Counted from the stretch's first letter, positions 1-11,287 are shown. The stretch: 64,000 nucleotides of DNA from Octopus bimaculoides (GCF_001194135.2 NC_069005.1:19099260-19163259), one strand, 5' to 3'. Program-made: numbers and translations. Notes: generated by a model from the letters alone, not told the origin.

Positions 1-332
1 AGGTAAGTGCCGGGATGCGTTTGTTCTTGAGTTGGGGTCACCAATTGTAGGAAAGTGGTTATACACCATTAGGTGTACCGCTTCCGTACATTAAATTTCT
101 AGAAGAAACAACGGAATGCAGATTCTGAACTATCAACACAACAATATTTATTTACAGAGGAAATAGGCAGCACTTCGCCCTTTGGTTGCTGAGATGCCGT
201 CAATGATGTTGAGTGGTTATTTGTCTAGCTCCAGAGTTGGAATGTTGGAGAGAGACTGCTACAACGTCTTGGCTCTTCGCCAGCCAGCGAGAAAGAGAAT
301 GAATAAGGGCGCGAAGCTTGGATTTCGAATGA

Positions 333-394
333 CCACGCATGCGCATGAGACTCTTCCTGTGTTCCTTCCGGAACTAGTCCCTGCGCATGCGTGG
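333..394. promoter_or_regulatory. Promoter-like module: two NRF1/EWG-type sites in inverted orientation around ETS-type sites
   Basis: CCACGCATGCGCA (333-345) and TGCGCATGCGTGG (382-394) are exact reverse complements. TTCCGGAA lies at 366-373. The module sits in the CpG-rich stretch 1-540. Confidence 0.6.
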
Positions 395-760
395 ATAAGC
401 TTTCCAGAAATGTTGTCTGCTATCAAAGGTGTCACTACAAGATAAAAGATGTAAGGTGAAGTTGTTGAATCTGTGCATATACAGTGACCAACAGTAACAA
501 AACGGGGAACCACATAAAAACAACCTGCTGTATTCACCCAATTTGCAAATAAAACATCATTTACATAACTGACTACTAAGATTAATTAAACCAAGTGAAT
601 TACTGTTTTATGGTCTATTTTGTAGGCATTAAACAGCACACCTTAATATTATTCCACGTATGTGGCGTACATAATCATGAACTGTATAGTACTTAAAATT
701 GACTTAATTACCATTTTATAGTCTATAAACAATAAAACACCATAGTTTAGAATTTTGTAG

Positions 761-816
761 ACATTCTGTGATTTCAGCATGTCATATCTCAGTGAACTCT
801 TCTATTCTGTAAAGGA
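761..816 (+). CDS. Candidate coding exon (TFCDFS-MSYLSELFYSVK-E/D), unknown gene
   Basis: Acceptor aattttgtag, donor GGA|gtaagt, only one frame open, ATG at 779. No homology recognised. Confidence 0.35.
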
Positions 817-1111
817 GTAAGTTGTTTACATACAAATTCATCAACTTTATTGTAGTAATAATATATTTTCTAAAGACTTGTATCATATCAGCTTAGGTTC
901 TTCTGTACTGCTCAGAACATTGAGCAACAAGCTTCCTTCATTGAGTTTGGTTGGTTTCTACTCTTGCACATCCATTCCACATAATGTCACCTGTCTTCAG
1001 ATTAGCTACAAATATCTGCTGCCAAGTGATATTTGACCGACCAGCTTTTACACCTGCTGTCAGGTGGTACTCAAATCATGGCTATTTTCTGGTGCTATTG
1101 ATCAGCTAGAT

Positions 1112-1347
1112 CAAGGATTCTCAACCATTTTTTATCTATGGACTCCTTTGATTCTTATTTTACTCTACTAGACCCCTATTGCTATTCAATGTTTTAAGAA
1201 ATTGTATTATATTTTAATAATTATTATTAGGAATTGTATAACAAAAATATTAAAATATTTTTGTGTCTTAGAGAAGTATAACCAGTTTATTGCACATAAA
1301 TTTTAACAACAAAATCTTAAATGGACCCCCAAGGGACATATGGACCC
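1112..1347 (+). mobile_element. hAT-like MITE, 3'-truncated
   Basis: Starts CAAGGATTCTCAACC, resembling the hAT-type terminus CAGGGGTTCTCAAC. Has a GGACCCCC..GGACCC subterminal motif. The right end is replaced by an RTE fragment. Confidence 0.45.
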
Positions 1348-1379
1348 TGGGCTAGATGGAGAACATGGCCAGCCAGGCA

Positions 1380-1600
1380 GAACTAACACTGCTATAATCT
1401 CTTGAAGTGTTTGTGACCTTGCCCTTCTCAGAATCTCCTCATTTATGTCACAGTCCTGCCAATTAACCCTCAGGATCATTCTCCAACACCTTTGATGGAA
1501 TATATTTAGTTTTCTATCCACCCTTTCTGTGCTCTCCCATGTTTTGCTTACATAGACTGCAGTAGGCAGAATGCTGGAGTTATATAGATGAAATTTCACA
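1380..1600 (-). mobile_element. RTE-clade LINE fragment, post-RT region
   Basis: Translation LYNSSILPTAVYVSKTW..KLNIFHQRCWRMILRVNWQD..NEEILRRA fits the RTE pattern LLYGSETW..FH.RCLR.IL.I.W.D..NEEVL. Confidence 0.8.
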
Positions 1601-1717
1601 TCAGATAATAGTTAATGATAAATAAAAAGTTATTTACTAAAATACTAAGAAATACATTTCAGTGTTGTTCTGTTACAAATTGTGTGTATTCATACTTTGA
1701 TCTGAGTATGACTTTAA

Positions 1718-2313
1718 CCCTTTCATGTTCAAACTGGCCACATCAGGCCAAAATATTCTGCCAGTTTTATTTCAAACTGGCCAGATTGGACCTCTCATAC
1801 CTAACCTACAATATCATTCTAAAAATAAACAACCACATCATCAAATTCTTGAAGCTACAAGATAATGTATGATTAATTCAAAACAAGCATCATCATCAAT
1901 TAATATACATTTTCCATGCTGGCATGATGTGAATAAATAAGCATTACATTTAACAGAATAAACTGACACTCCACCAGTTATGACGACAAGGGTTCCAGTT
2001 GATTTGAGCAATGGAACAGCCTGCTCGTGAAATCAACGCACAAGTGGCTGAGCACTCCACAGACACATGTACCCTTAACGTAGTTCTCAGGTAGATTCAG
2101 CGTGACACAGACTGTGACAAGGCTGGCCCTTTGAATTACAGGTACAACTCATTTTTTGACAGTTGAATGGGCTGGAGCTTGAAATAGTGTCTTGCTGAAG
2201 GACACAATACATTGCTGGGAATTGAACTCACGACCTTACAATCATAATTTGAATACCCTAACCACCAAGCTATGCACCTTCACTTTTAAAAGAATAATCT
2301 GAATGCTAAAGGG
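1718..2313. mobile_element. piggyBac-like MITE with nested SINE
   Basis: TTAA (1714-1717) CCCTTT ... AAAGGG TTAA (2314-2317). Related copies near 32730, 37365, 38695, 50909 and 54650. Confidence 0.75.
1965..2285 (-). mobile_element. tRNA-headed SINE nested in the piggyBac-like MITE
   Basis: The minus strand carries A-box-like (tggtggttagg) and B-box-like (gagttcaattcc) motifs followed by a SINE body. Confidence 0.7.
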
Positions 2314-3798
2314 TTAAACTGCATCTGGTAGTGGATCCCTGGTTCAGGGTTTGGAGGAGGGTGGAACCACGTCTTAGCCACTATTGTTCCCAGGTCTACT
2401 TTGACCTGGAGTAGTAGCACCTGTCAGGGTCCCAGCTATGGATTAATTAGCATGTTATGGAAGAAACCCCAGGTGTAAACCTTCACTCCCTTGTGAGTGC
2501 CTTGGGAAGGGAAAGGGCAAGGGGAGTCAACTGCAACTTTAAATCAAAGAGTGGAGTCCCTCAGGGGGTCTGGTGCCCTCTTTGACATTCTTCCAGCAAC
2601 TCCATGGTAGATGGAGCTCTCCAACTTTGTAAGGCAATCCACCTAGAGGGCTACTCCAATGTAAAACATGCAGCTTGCTGGTCACTGCAGCTGTCTTAGT
2701 CCACTGAGCCACTGTGGTCAGACCTCCAAGTCTAAATAGTGGGAGTGTATTGTGCAGACTGACTCACTTTAAAACTACTTAGTACATACAAACAACAAGG
2801 CCTTAGACACACAAATGTGGCCTCTGTAATGGACTGAGAGAGAAGTCACAGAAAAGGTTGCAAATAGCAATGAAAGAATTTTGACAAATACAAAACAAAA
2901 CAAACAATTGACTGTTTAATGAAGAAATTAAACAAACGATTAGTTAGTTGGATAGATATATAACCAATTGACTAATGTTAAAGGAGTGGAATTGAACCAG
3001 TGCATGTGTTGTTATATTGGCACAACGACTCTACCTAGATACAAAATACCAATCACAAACTGGAAGAAAATACCAATCACAAATTCTGCAGCATCTAGTA
3101 TCAGTTTACATATCCATTTGAGAGTGTATTGCTCTTTTTGGATATGAAGAACCTGCTATCGTATACAGACTCCCTTTCTGTTTTTCTCTCTGTCCCATGG
3201 GATACCTCATAAGTAGTCTCAGCGAGTTATTTTCCTCCAAAGTATTCGACATGTATTCATATAAATTACAATGTGTAACAAAATTTTTGTTTAAAAAAAT
3301 TTTTTCTTTCTTTTGTTAGTAAGTGTTATTTGCTACTTACTTCTAAACAGAAATCAAAGGAAATCACTACTATTCCCTTCAGACTTTGCTTTTGTGACCT
3401 GAGCATCAATGCTTTGAAACTCACCTATTTTCCATTACATTTCAGACAAATTCAGCACTGAGTTATTGAAGCAGAAATATATTACAGCAAATATTCTGCT
3501 CAATACCACAGATTTGCTTGTCAGTTGCTTGACCATAACCACTTAGTGGCTGACAGTATGTGCATCTCTGATCATGAGAAGGAGTAGTAGGGGAGCATCA
3601 TAGCCATGTGTTGAGAGGAATTCTTTGTGGTTTGAATAAATGTAACAAAAGCAAAATTTCATACTTTCTAGGGAAAAGCAAATAGGAAATACCAGTTGTT
3701 GCCCAAGGACAAAAATTGTGTTACACAGTGTTATAAGCACACACAACAACAGTAGTAACACATTCACAGTTAATTTTCTTTTTTTTTTTTTTTTGTAG

Positions 3799-3844
3799 AC
3801 TTGTAATTTATGAGGCTTCAAACATAAACATCTGGAAAATTTCA
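3799..3844 (+). CDS. Candidate coding exon (LVIYEASNINIWKIS)
   Basis: Strong poly-T tgtag acceptor. Phase 2-to-0 fits between the 761-816 and 4011-4062 candidates. The donor TCA|gttttt is weak. Confidence 0.25.
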
Positions 3845-4010
3845 GTTTTTAGGCACCTTAGATAATTTTTGACACTATTCTATAAGAATACATTATAACA
3901 CATTTTTATGTTACTGTGAGAAAAACCTTGTGACTGTCAGGTTTTTATTTAAGTATTTGAACATATCTCAGACATCTAATGCATTGTTTAAGTGGTTGTT
4001 TGTATCATAG

Positions 4011-4062
4011 GGTGTCCTTGTCAGTGTAATACAACATCGTGAACAGGACATTTATAAAATAG
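4011..4062 (+). CDS. Candidate coding exon (GVLVSVIQHREQDIYKI)
   Basis: Acceptor ttgtttgtatcatag, donor AG|gtttgt, only one of three frames open, non-repeat context. Confidence 0.4.
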
Positions 4063-4309
4063 GTTTGTATTTAGTACAACTGATGTTAGTAAATTAAACC
4101 ACTTATTTAGCTTTCTGTTTCTTCAACAACACCCGACAGATATGAAAGAATACTAGAATCAGTGTAGTTTGGATGATGCTGGTTTAAGATTATAACTTGT
4201 AGAAAGTAGCATTGCAAATATTTAGGCAATCTTTATATTTTCAGCAGTATAAATGGAGAAGTTAAAAAATGCTGTCTCACAGTATAATATGATCATGTTG
4301 TATCATTAT

Positions 4310-5510
4310 CATCATTATTTAACATCCATTGTCCATGTTGGCATGGGTTAGGCAGTTTGACCAGGGCTGGCAAGCTGATGGGCTACACCAGACTCCAGTC
4401 TGGTTTGACATGCCCTTCCTAATGCCAACCACTCTGAGAGTGTATTAGGTGTTTTTATGTGCCTGTTATGTGACACCAGTGTTGGCCACATTGCTTCTGT
4501 AAGGCCCAACACTTGAATGGTGCTTTTTACATGCCACTGGCATAGGTGATAGTTACATGATACCAGCTTAGTCATGGCTACAATTTCACTTGGTTTCACA
4601 GGTCTTTTCAAATACATCATATCACCAAAGGTCTGTCACTAGTCATTGCCTCCGAGAGGCTTAATGTTTGAAGATCATGCTTCACCACCTCATCCTATGT
4701 CTTCCTGGGTCAACCTCTACTACAGGTTCCCTCCACAGTTAGAAATCGGCACTTCTCTATACAGCAGTCCTTGTCCATACGTGTCACATGACCATACCAG
4801 TGCAGTCGTCTCTCTTGCATACCACACCTGATGCCTCTTACGCCTAATTTGTCTCTTGAGATGCTTACATTCTGTCATACATGCACATTGACATTGCACA
4901 TCCAGTGAAGCATACTAGCTTCATTTCTTTCAAGCTTATGCATGTTCTCAGCAGTCACTGACGTGTAACATAGCTGTTCACACACAGGCATCAAACAATC
5001 TGCCTTTCACTCTGTGAGAGAGGCTCTCTGTTACCAGCAGGGGTAGGAGCTCTCTGAACTTTGCCCAGCTTTTATTCTTGCAGTTACCCTCTTGGAGCAA
5101 CCACCTCTGCTGCTGAATTGGTTGCCTAAATAATGGAATCTAACAACTAACTCTAGCTTACCTCACCGGCAGTCGATGGAGTCTATTTTCTGTACATTTT
5201 CAGTGTTTATGTTACCTGTACACCTTCCACACTCAAAAACTATTTTCCCAGTTAATCTTCCTCTGATATTGCTGCACTTCTTATGTGTCCATAGCTTGCA
5301 ATGAGTACATCTAATGAAGTTTCTACCTCTGCCTTTCCTACAGATTGAGCAGAGCCATCTACCTGAAGGGATTTGTGGTTTGTCTGCTTTCCTACTTATT
5401 AAGACTTTGGTTTTTGCTAAGTTAACTCTATGGCCCTTCACTTCCAGACCTTGCTTCCACATTGAATAAAAATTAGTTTTGCAATTGGATTGTGTAGTTG
5501 AAATCTTCAA
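4310..5510 (-). mobile_element. RTE-clade LINE 3' fragment (RT end, PHD finger, C-terminus, 3' UTR/tail)
   Basis: WKQGLEVKGHRVNLAKTKVL, a Cys-rich insert, then ELLPLLVT..KGRLFDACV..LERNEASM..RRLHWYGHV. Ends in an ATC/GAT-repeat tail. Confidence 0.9.
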
Positions 5511-5877
5511 TAATAATTTTGATAAAAATATATTAAAATTAAAATTTTAAAGAATTTTCTAGACAGTGTAGACTTTAATAATTGCTTTCTTTTAGTAAAA
5601 GCTACATAATAATAACTAATTAGCAGCTTTCTTTATTATAGTATAGATATAGATGATATAGGGTGAGAAATTTTGGTGGGAGGGACACAACATCCCATTA
5701 TTTGAATGTTTAACATGATCCAGTGCTTGACTTGAATTTGTTTTATTGAAAGATGAATAATACTTCAAAAACAAAACTAAAACCATGCATGTTTGAAAAA
5801 TGTGGATACTTTTAGTGGTGAAGCCACAAAGTTCACCATAAATATTAATATATGGAACTTTTCTATCAGCCAAAGTG

Positions 5878-6165
5878 TGAAGCCTAGTGGTTAGGGCGTT
5901 GCATTCATGAACACAAGATTGTGGTTTCGACTCTCAGACCAGTCATGCATTGTGTTTGTGAGCAAAACACTTACGTTGCTCCAGTCCACTCAGCTGTAAA
6001 TGGATGGCCTTGTGGTGGATTGCTATACAAGGGTGCAATGGTGACTCAGGAAAATCACCCAGATGGAGGTCTCACTAACCACATTTTGTATTCAGAGATT
6101 AAAAGGATGAATAGTACAACTTCTATTATGAAGCCTGATTGGTTGTTCATCTGCATCGAAGAATG
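5878..6165 (+). mobile_element. tRNA-headed SINE (core ..gagcaaaacactt..ccagtccactcagctgta)
   Basis: A box tagtggttagg, B box ggtttcgact. A homologous copy lies at 10345-10640. Confidence 0.7.
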
Positions 6166-6229
6166 ATTGATTGAACAAAGTAGCATGACCTGAACCCATC
6201 TTCAGTAAATGATCAAGATCTGGTAGAAG

Positions 6230-6720
6230 CAAACCCCTTTACCTATCAGAGTGATGCAATCATTAATGATGGGTAAAGGGAAGTTGGTGAAGAACTAGAC
6301 TGCAGGATAAACAAGGCCACCTTGTGTTCGAAAGGTTTAGAGAGTGACGTGGAATAGCAAACACATTACAGTCCAATTAATATGTGAAGTATACTAAGCA
6401 GCAGATCATGAACCTCACTTGGAAAGACAGGGTCAGGAACATCATCATCTTAGAGAAAACTAAGCTCCTTAACATGGAAAAGATGTTGGTGCAGTAAAAA
6501 AATCTCTGTTGGCTTGGTCTTACCCAAAGAATGGAGGAAAGTAGGATCACCCAGACAGATACTCTACTTACAGCTGGCTAGTAGTGTAGCAGTGTGAGAA
6601 ACCAGGGTAGACCTCCCACCACTACCAACTGATACACAAGGATATCATTAAACACAACTTGAGGTGATTAAACTTGATATCTACTGCTAGATTTTAGCAG
6701 CTTACAACAGGAACCTGAGA
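6230..6720 (+). mobile_element. RTE-clade LINE C-terminal fragment
   Basis: Degenerate translation EELDCRINKA..LTWKDRVRN..ILEKTKL..LCWLG..RMEESR..QILY..GRP..KDIIKHNL. Confidence 0.7.
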
Positions 6721-6836
6721 AGGTGACTAATCAACTTCTGATGTTTCTGACTTGTGATTTTTATGTAGAGACAGCCATTGTTGATATCAATAGACGGCCA
6801 ATGATGATAATGATTCTGTATATGAATACCACTTGT

Positions 6837-6958
6837 CCTCCAGTGCAGTGCCTCCTACCATCCATTGTAGTGCCTCCTGCCCTCCAATATGGTGCCTCCT
6901 GCCCTCCAATATGGTGCCTCCCACTCTCCAGTGTGGTGCCTCCCACCCTCCAATGCAT
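6837..6958. repeat. 22-bp minisatellite, about 5.5 copies
   Basis: Units resembling CCTCCAATATGGTGCCTCCTGC are visible in tandem. Confidence 0.9.
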
Positions 6959-7067
6959 GGAAGAGTGGATGGTAAAATGATGATGATTAATTCAATTAAT
7001 CCTTTAAGTGTGAAATTAAATTTCATTGTTATTCCAGTCGTGATGTTAAATATCTACCCACCCACCC

Positions 7068-7966
7068 NNNNNNNNNNNNNNNNNNNNNNNNNNNNNNNNN
7101 NNNNNNNNNNNNNNNNNNNNNNNNNNNNNNNNNNNNNNNNNNNNNNNNNNNNNNNNNNNNNNNNNNNNNNNNNNNNNNNNNNNNNNNNNNNNNNNNNNNN
7201 NNNNNNNNNNNNNNNNNNNNNNNNNNNNNNNNNNNNNNNNNNNNNNNNNNNNNNNNNNNNNNNNNNNNNNNNNNNNNNNNNNNNNNNNNNNNNNNNNNNN
7301 NNNNNNNNNNNNNNNNNNNNNNNNNNNNNNNNNNNNNNNNNNNNNNNNNNNNNNNNNNNNNNNNNNNNNNNNNNNNNNNNNNNNNNNNNNNNNNNNNNNN
7401 NNNNNNNNNNNNNNNNNNNNNNNNNNNNNNNNNNNNNNNNNNNNNNNNNNNNNNNNNNNNNNNNNNNNNNNNNNNNNNNNNNNNNNNNNNNNNNNNNNNN
7501 NNNNNNNNNNNNNNNNNNNNNNNNNNNNNNNNNNNNNNNNNNNNNNNNNNNNNNNNNNNNNNNNNNNNNNNNNNNNNNNNNNNNNNNNNNNNNNNNNNNN
7601 NNNNNNNNNNNNNNNNNNNNNNNNNNNNNNNNNNNNNNNNNNNNNNNNNNNNNNNNNNNNNNNNNNNNNNNNNNNNNNNNNNNNNNNNNNNNNNNNNNNN
7701 NNNNNNNNNNNNNNNNNNNNNNNNNNNNNNNNNNNNNNNNNNNNNNNNNNNNNNNNNNNNNNNNNNNNNNNNNNNNNNNNNNNNNNNNNNNNNNNNNNNN
7801 NNNNNNNNNNNNNNNNNNNNNNNNNNNNNNNNNNNNNNNNNNNNNNNNNNNNNNNNNNNNNNNNNNNNNNNNNNNNNNNNNNNNNNNNNNNNNNNNNNNN
7901 NNNNNNNNNNNNNNNNNNNNNNNNNNNNNNNNNNNNNNNNNNNNNNNNNNNNNNNNNNNNNNNNNN
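7068..7966. other. Assembly gap
   Basis: N run. Confidence 1.
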
Positions 7967-8114
7967 TTTAGTCATAGAAAGTGGGATAAGTTATCCCAGT
8001 CTAGTGAGTTTGATGTGGTTCATATTCAGTTTAAAATCATCTGTTGGATGGGTGTTGGCTGAGAGCCTCAAATGCATAGAAATAATGGAATGTCAAACCA
8101 CTTTTTCCCTCTGT

Positions 8115-8445
8115 CTTTTGGTTTTACTCTCTGTCTTTCTCCCCCTCCCTCCATCTCTCTCTCTCCATATCTCCCCCCCCCTCTCTCTCTATTTCTGTGT
8201 GTGTGTGTGTGTCTGTCTCTCTTTGTTTTTCATACCTTCTGTGTGTGTGTGTCTTTCTCTTTCTTTGTCTCTCACACCTTCTCTGTTTATCTCTCTTTCT
8301 CTCTCTGTTTATCTCTCATGTCTTCTCTTTGTCTCTCTTTCTTTCCCTCTCTCTCCCTATTTCTCTTTGTCTCTGACCGTCTCTCCCTCTGTGTTTCTGC
8401 CTTTCTATCTACACGTGTCTCTCTGTCTCTCTTTATGTGTCTGTG
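8115..8445. repeat. CT/GT-rich low-complexity microsatellite
   Basis: (CT)n and (GT)n tracts; source of the spurious ORFs at 8004-8568. Confidence 0.9.
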
Positions 8446-8620
8446 GATTGCAGGAATCTCAGAAGCAACTCTTGCTACCATGACTGCTAGACCGTATAAA
8501 ACTGTAATTGAAAACCTAAAAGTACTTAAGTACTGTTCTATATTTAAGAGATGAGGAATTATGTACATTATTTACATTATTTACATTTGACAGATATTTG
8601 TCCTCATCTTGTTTGTTGTT

Positions 8621-8663
8621 AACACGTTTCGGCTGATATACCCTCCAGCCTTCTTCAGGTGTC
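8621..8663 (-). ncRNA. Degenerate minimal type I hammerhead ribozyme (left arm)
   Basis: GACAC-CUGAAGA-A-GGCUG(10 nt)CAGCC-GAA-ACGU. It is 3 nt shorter than the right arm at the cleavage site and stem I. Confidence 0.55.
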
Positions 8664-8718
8664 TTGGGGAAATTTCAAACGTGGGTTCTCATTGCTAAGG
8701 TATTTTTTGATGTTGTTG

Positions 8719-8767
<49 letters not shown>

Positions 8768-8919
8768 GGTCTCTGCTTGGAATCGAACTCGGAATCTTGG
8801 GGTTAAGAGCACGGATTCCGAGTTTGATTCCAAGCAGTGACCTGAATAATAATAATAATAACAACAACGACATCGAAAAATACCTTAGGAATGAGAACCC
8901 AAATTTGAAATTTCCCCAA

Positions 8920-8965
8920 GATACCTGATGAAGGCTGGAGGGTATATTAGCCAAAACGTTGTGTT
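8920..8965 (+). ncRNA. Degenerate minimal type I hammerhead ribozyme (right arm)
   Basis: GAUAC-CUGAUGA-A-GGCUG(10 nt)UAGCC-AAA-ACGU-U-GUGUU, with a G12-to-A core substitution. Confidence 0.55.
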
Positions 8966-9884
8966 AACAACAAACAAGATGAGGACAAATATCCATCCAA
9001 TGTAAATAATGTACTTAAGTACTAACTCACTAAAAAATTCCATGTAATTGATGCAGATTTAGCAGTAGGGTTTTCAATTACCATGATACATTTCATATTA
9101 AATCTATTTCTTTCTAAAAATTTATGGTGGGTTACCAAAAATGGTTGTATCAGATTATATAAAAACGCAACAATATTTAGTTTTGGCATTTCATATTTTG
9201 GAGTTCAAATTTCTCTGAAGCTTATTTTGGCATTTGTGTCTTTATGGGTTCCTAATACAAATATTCGTTTAACAAATTTGGTACAAGGCCAGCAGTTTTG
9301 GTGTAGGAGCTAAGTCGATTACATCAAGCCTGGTACATATTTTATCAACCCCAAAAGGATGAAAGGCAAAGTCAACCTTGGTAGAATTTGAACTCAGAAC
9401 ATTAAGACGGACAAAATGTTTAGCAGCATTTTGCCCAGTGTGCTAACGATTCTGCCAGCTGACCACCTTGAAAATGATAATAATAATAATAACACTTATA
9501 GAAAAAAGATATCAATAATAGTACTAGCAATAGCCTCAACAGAAGAAGCAACTGGAACACGAACAGTGTAAATGATGATGATGATTAAAGGAAGATAGTG
9601 TTGTGGGTGGTAGGGGACATAGAACAGACATAGAAAATAAACCATGTGAATAAAGAGAATGGGGTGTCAATGAAGCTAACTAAAACTATTTCTGGTGACC
9701 CTAGAATCTGACATGCCAAGGCCTAAAAGAAAAGTAGTTAATAACCAATAGCTAATAATAAACTCGACAGAATTTGAACTCAGAACATAAGGATGGACGA
9801 AATGCTTAGCAGCATTTTGCCCAGTGTGCTAACGATTCTGCAATAACTTGCATATATATTCTTAATATGTTCTGGCATATTAAG

Positions 9885-10100
9885 GCAGCAAGCTGGCAGA
9901 ATCACTAGCATGCTGGACAAAATACTTTGCAGCATTTCATATGTCTTTATATTTTGAGTTCAAATTCTACCAAGGTCAGCGTAGCATTTTATCCTTTCGG
10001 GGTTGATAAAGTAAGTGCTAGCTGAGCGCTGGGGTTGATGAAATCAACTTATCCCCTCCCACTGAAATTGCCATTCTTGTGCCAAAATTTGAAAGCAATA
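9885..10100 (+). mobile_element. tRNA-headed SINE (gctggcagaatc..gagttcaaattc..ctttcatcctttcggggt family)
   Basis: Family motifs present. Partial minus-strand copies at about 9310-9470 and 9770-9845. Confidence 0.75.
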
Positions 10101-10344
10101 TGTTCCAGCAGATTCAAATGTGAGTATGTTAATCACTGTTGTATTTAATCACAGGTGAACAGCTTCTCCTGTATGATGATTATGTGTTCATGATATGCTC
10201 AATTCATTAGTACAAGGGTTGTCCTGGGTTACCTGTAGTGAGGAGGGTGATTATTTGGACATTGTGAAGGACTAAAAAAAGAAACAAAACCCCTCAAAGG
10301 GTGCAGGAACTCATAGGAGTCAATGGTCATCCTATAATGTGTGA

Positions 10345-10640
10345 AGATGCGTGGCCTTCTAGTTAGGGCGTTGCACTCATGATCCTGAAATCATGGTTTC
10401 AATTCACAGACTGGTTGTATGTTGTGTTTTTGAGCAAGACACTTCATTTCATGTTGTTCCGTTGCACTCAGCTGTAAAGAGTAATTTTGTGACAGACTGG
10501 TATACAAGGGTGAGATGGTGACTCAGAAAAATCATCCGAACTGAGGTCTCATGAGCCAGGTTTTGTATTCAGCAATCAAAAGGATAAATTGTACAAACTG
10601 TACTGTGAATCCCAACTGGTTGGGATTGGTGGTTCAACTA
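10345..10640 (+). mobile_element. tRNA-headed SINE
   Basis: Homologous over its length to 5878-6165. Confidence 0.7.
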
Positions 10641-11071
10641 TATTGAAAGAGGAGAACGATGATGATGATTACAAGGAATTCTAGGACAACCAGTATTTCA
10701 ATATCATTGTATCTCATTTGCCAGAAGCACCTCTGGAGCAATGAATCTATCGAGAGTCAATGGTCTTGTTTATAACTTCAGCAAACAAAACTGTTTATTG
10801 GTTGGTACTGATATCTGCCAACCAATACTAAATCATATGTATGGTGGAAAGCGAGATTCAAAATGATGATTCACATATTTATTCTTAATATTTTCCAGCA
10901 CACAAGACACACTGGTGTTGAAACCCTGGTTGTCTGAGAATCCCTTGTACTAATGAATCAAGTGTGTTATAAACACCTATTCATTGTAAAGAAGTTGTTC
11001 TCTTGTGATGAAACACAACAGGGATTAGCATATTGACACCTGAATCTGCCAAAATGTATTAAGAAGAGATA

Positions 11072-11287
11072 CGAGGGGGTGCTGGAAAGCTCCTAGCTTT
11101 AAGAGTATCACAAAAGGCCTGGTTGGAGGCCCAACCTTCCGAGTTCTTTTACAGGACTTAGAAAAACTGAAGGACCACAGAAATAAGTGTGTGAATCTGA
11201 GAGGGGAATATGTTAAATAAAATTGTAATTAACTGATCCTCCTGTATTTTCTTCACCCAAAGCCAGGAGCTTTTCAGTACCCCCTTG
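11072..11287 (+). mobile_element. Internally deleted mariner element (MITE)
   Basis: TA TSD on both sides. 29-bp TIRs CGAGGGGGTGCTGGAAAGCTCCTAGCTTT match at 25/29. Retains the transposase C-terminus GLEKLKDHRNKCVNLRGEYVK*. Confidence 0.85.

Larger units (their letters stand above)
8535..9010. mobile_element. Head-to-head dimer of a tRNA-headed short retroelement with a Penelope-like, hammerhead-bearing body
   Basis: Inverted arms span 8563-9014. B-box motifs (GAGTTCGATTCC / GAGTTTGATTCC) diverge from the centre, with (ATT)n/(AAT)n in each arm. The flanking direct repeat GTACTTAAGTACT lies at 8522-8534 and 9011-9023. Confidence 0.8.
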
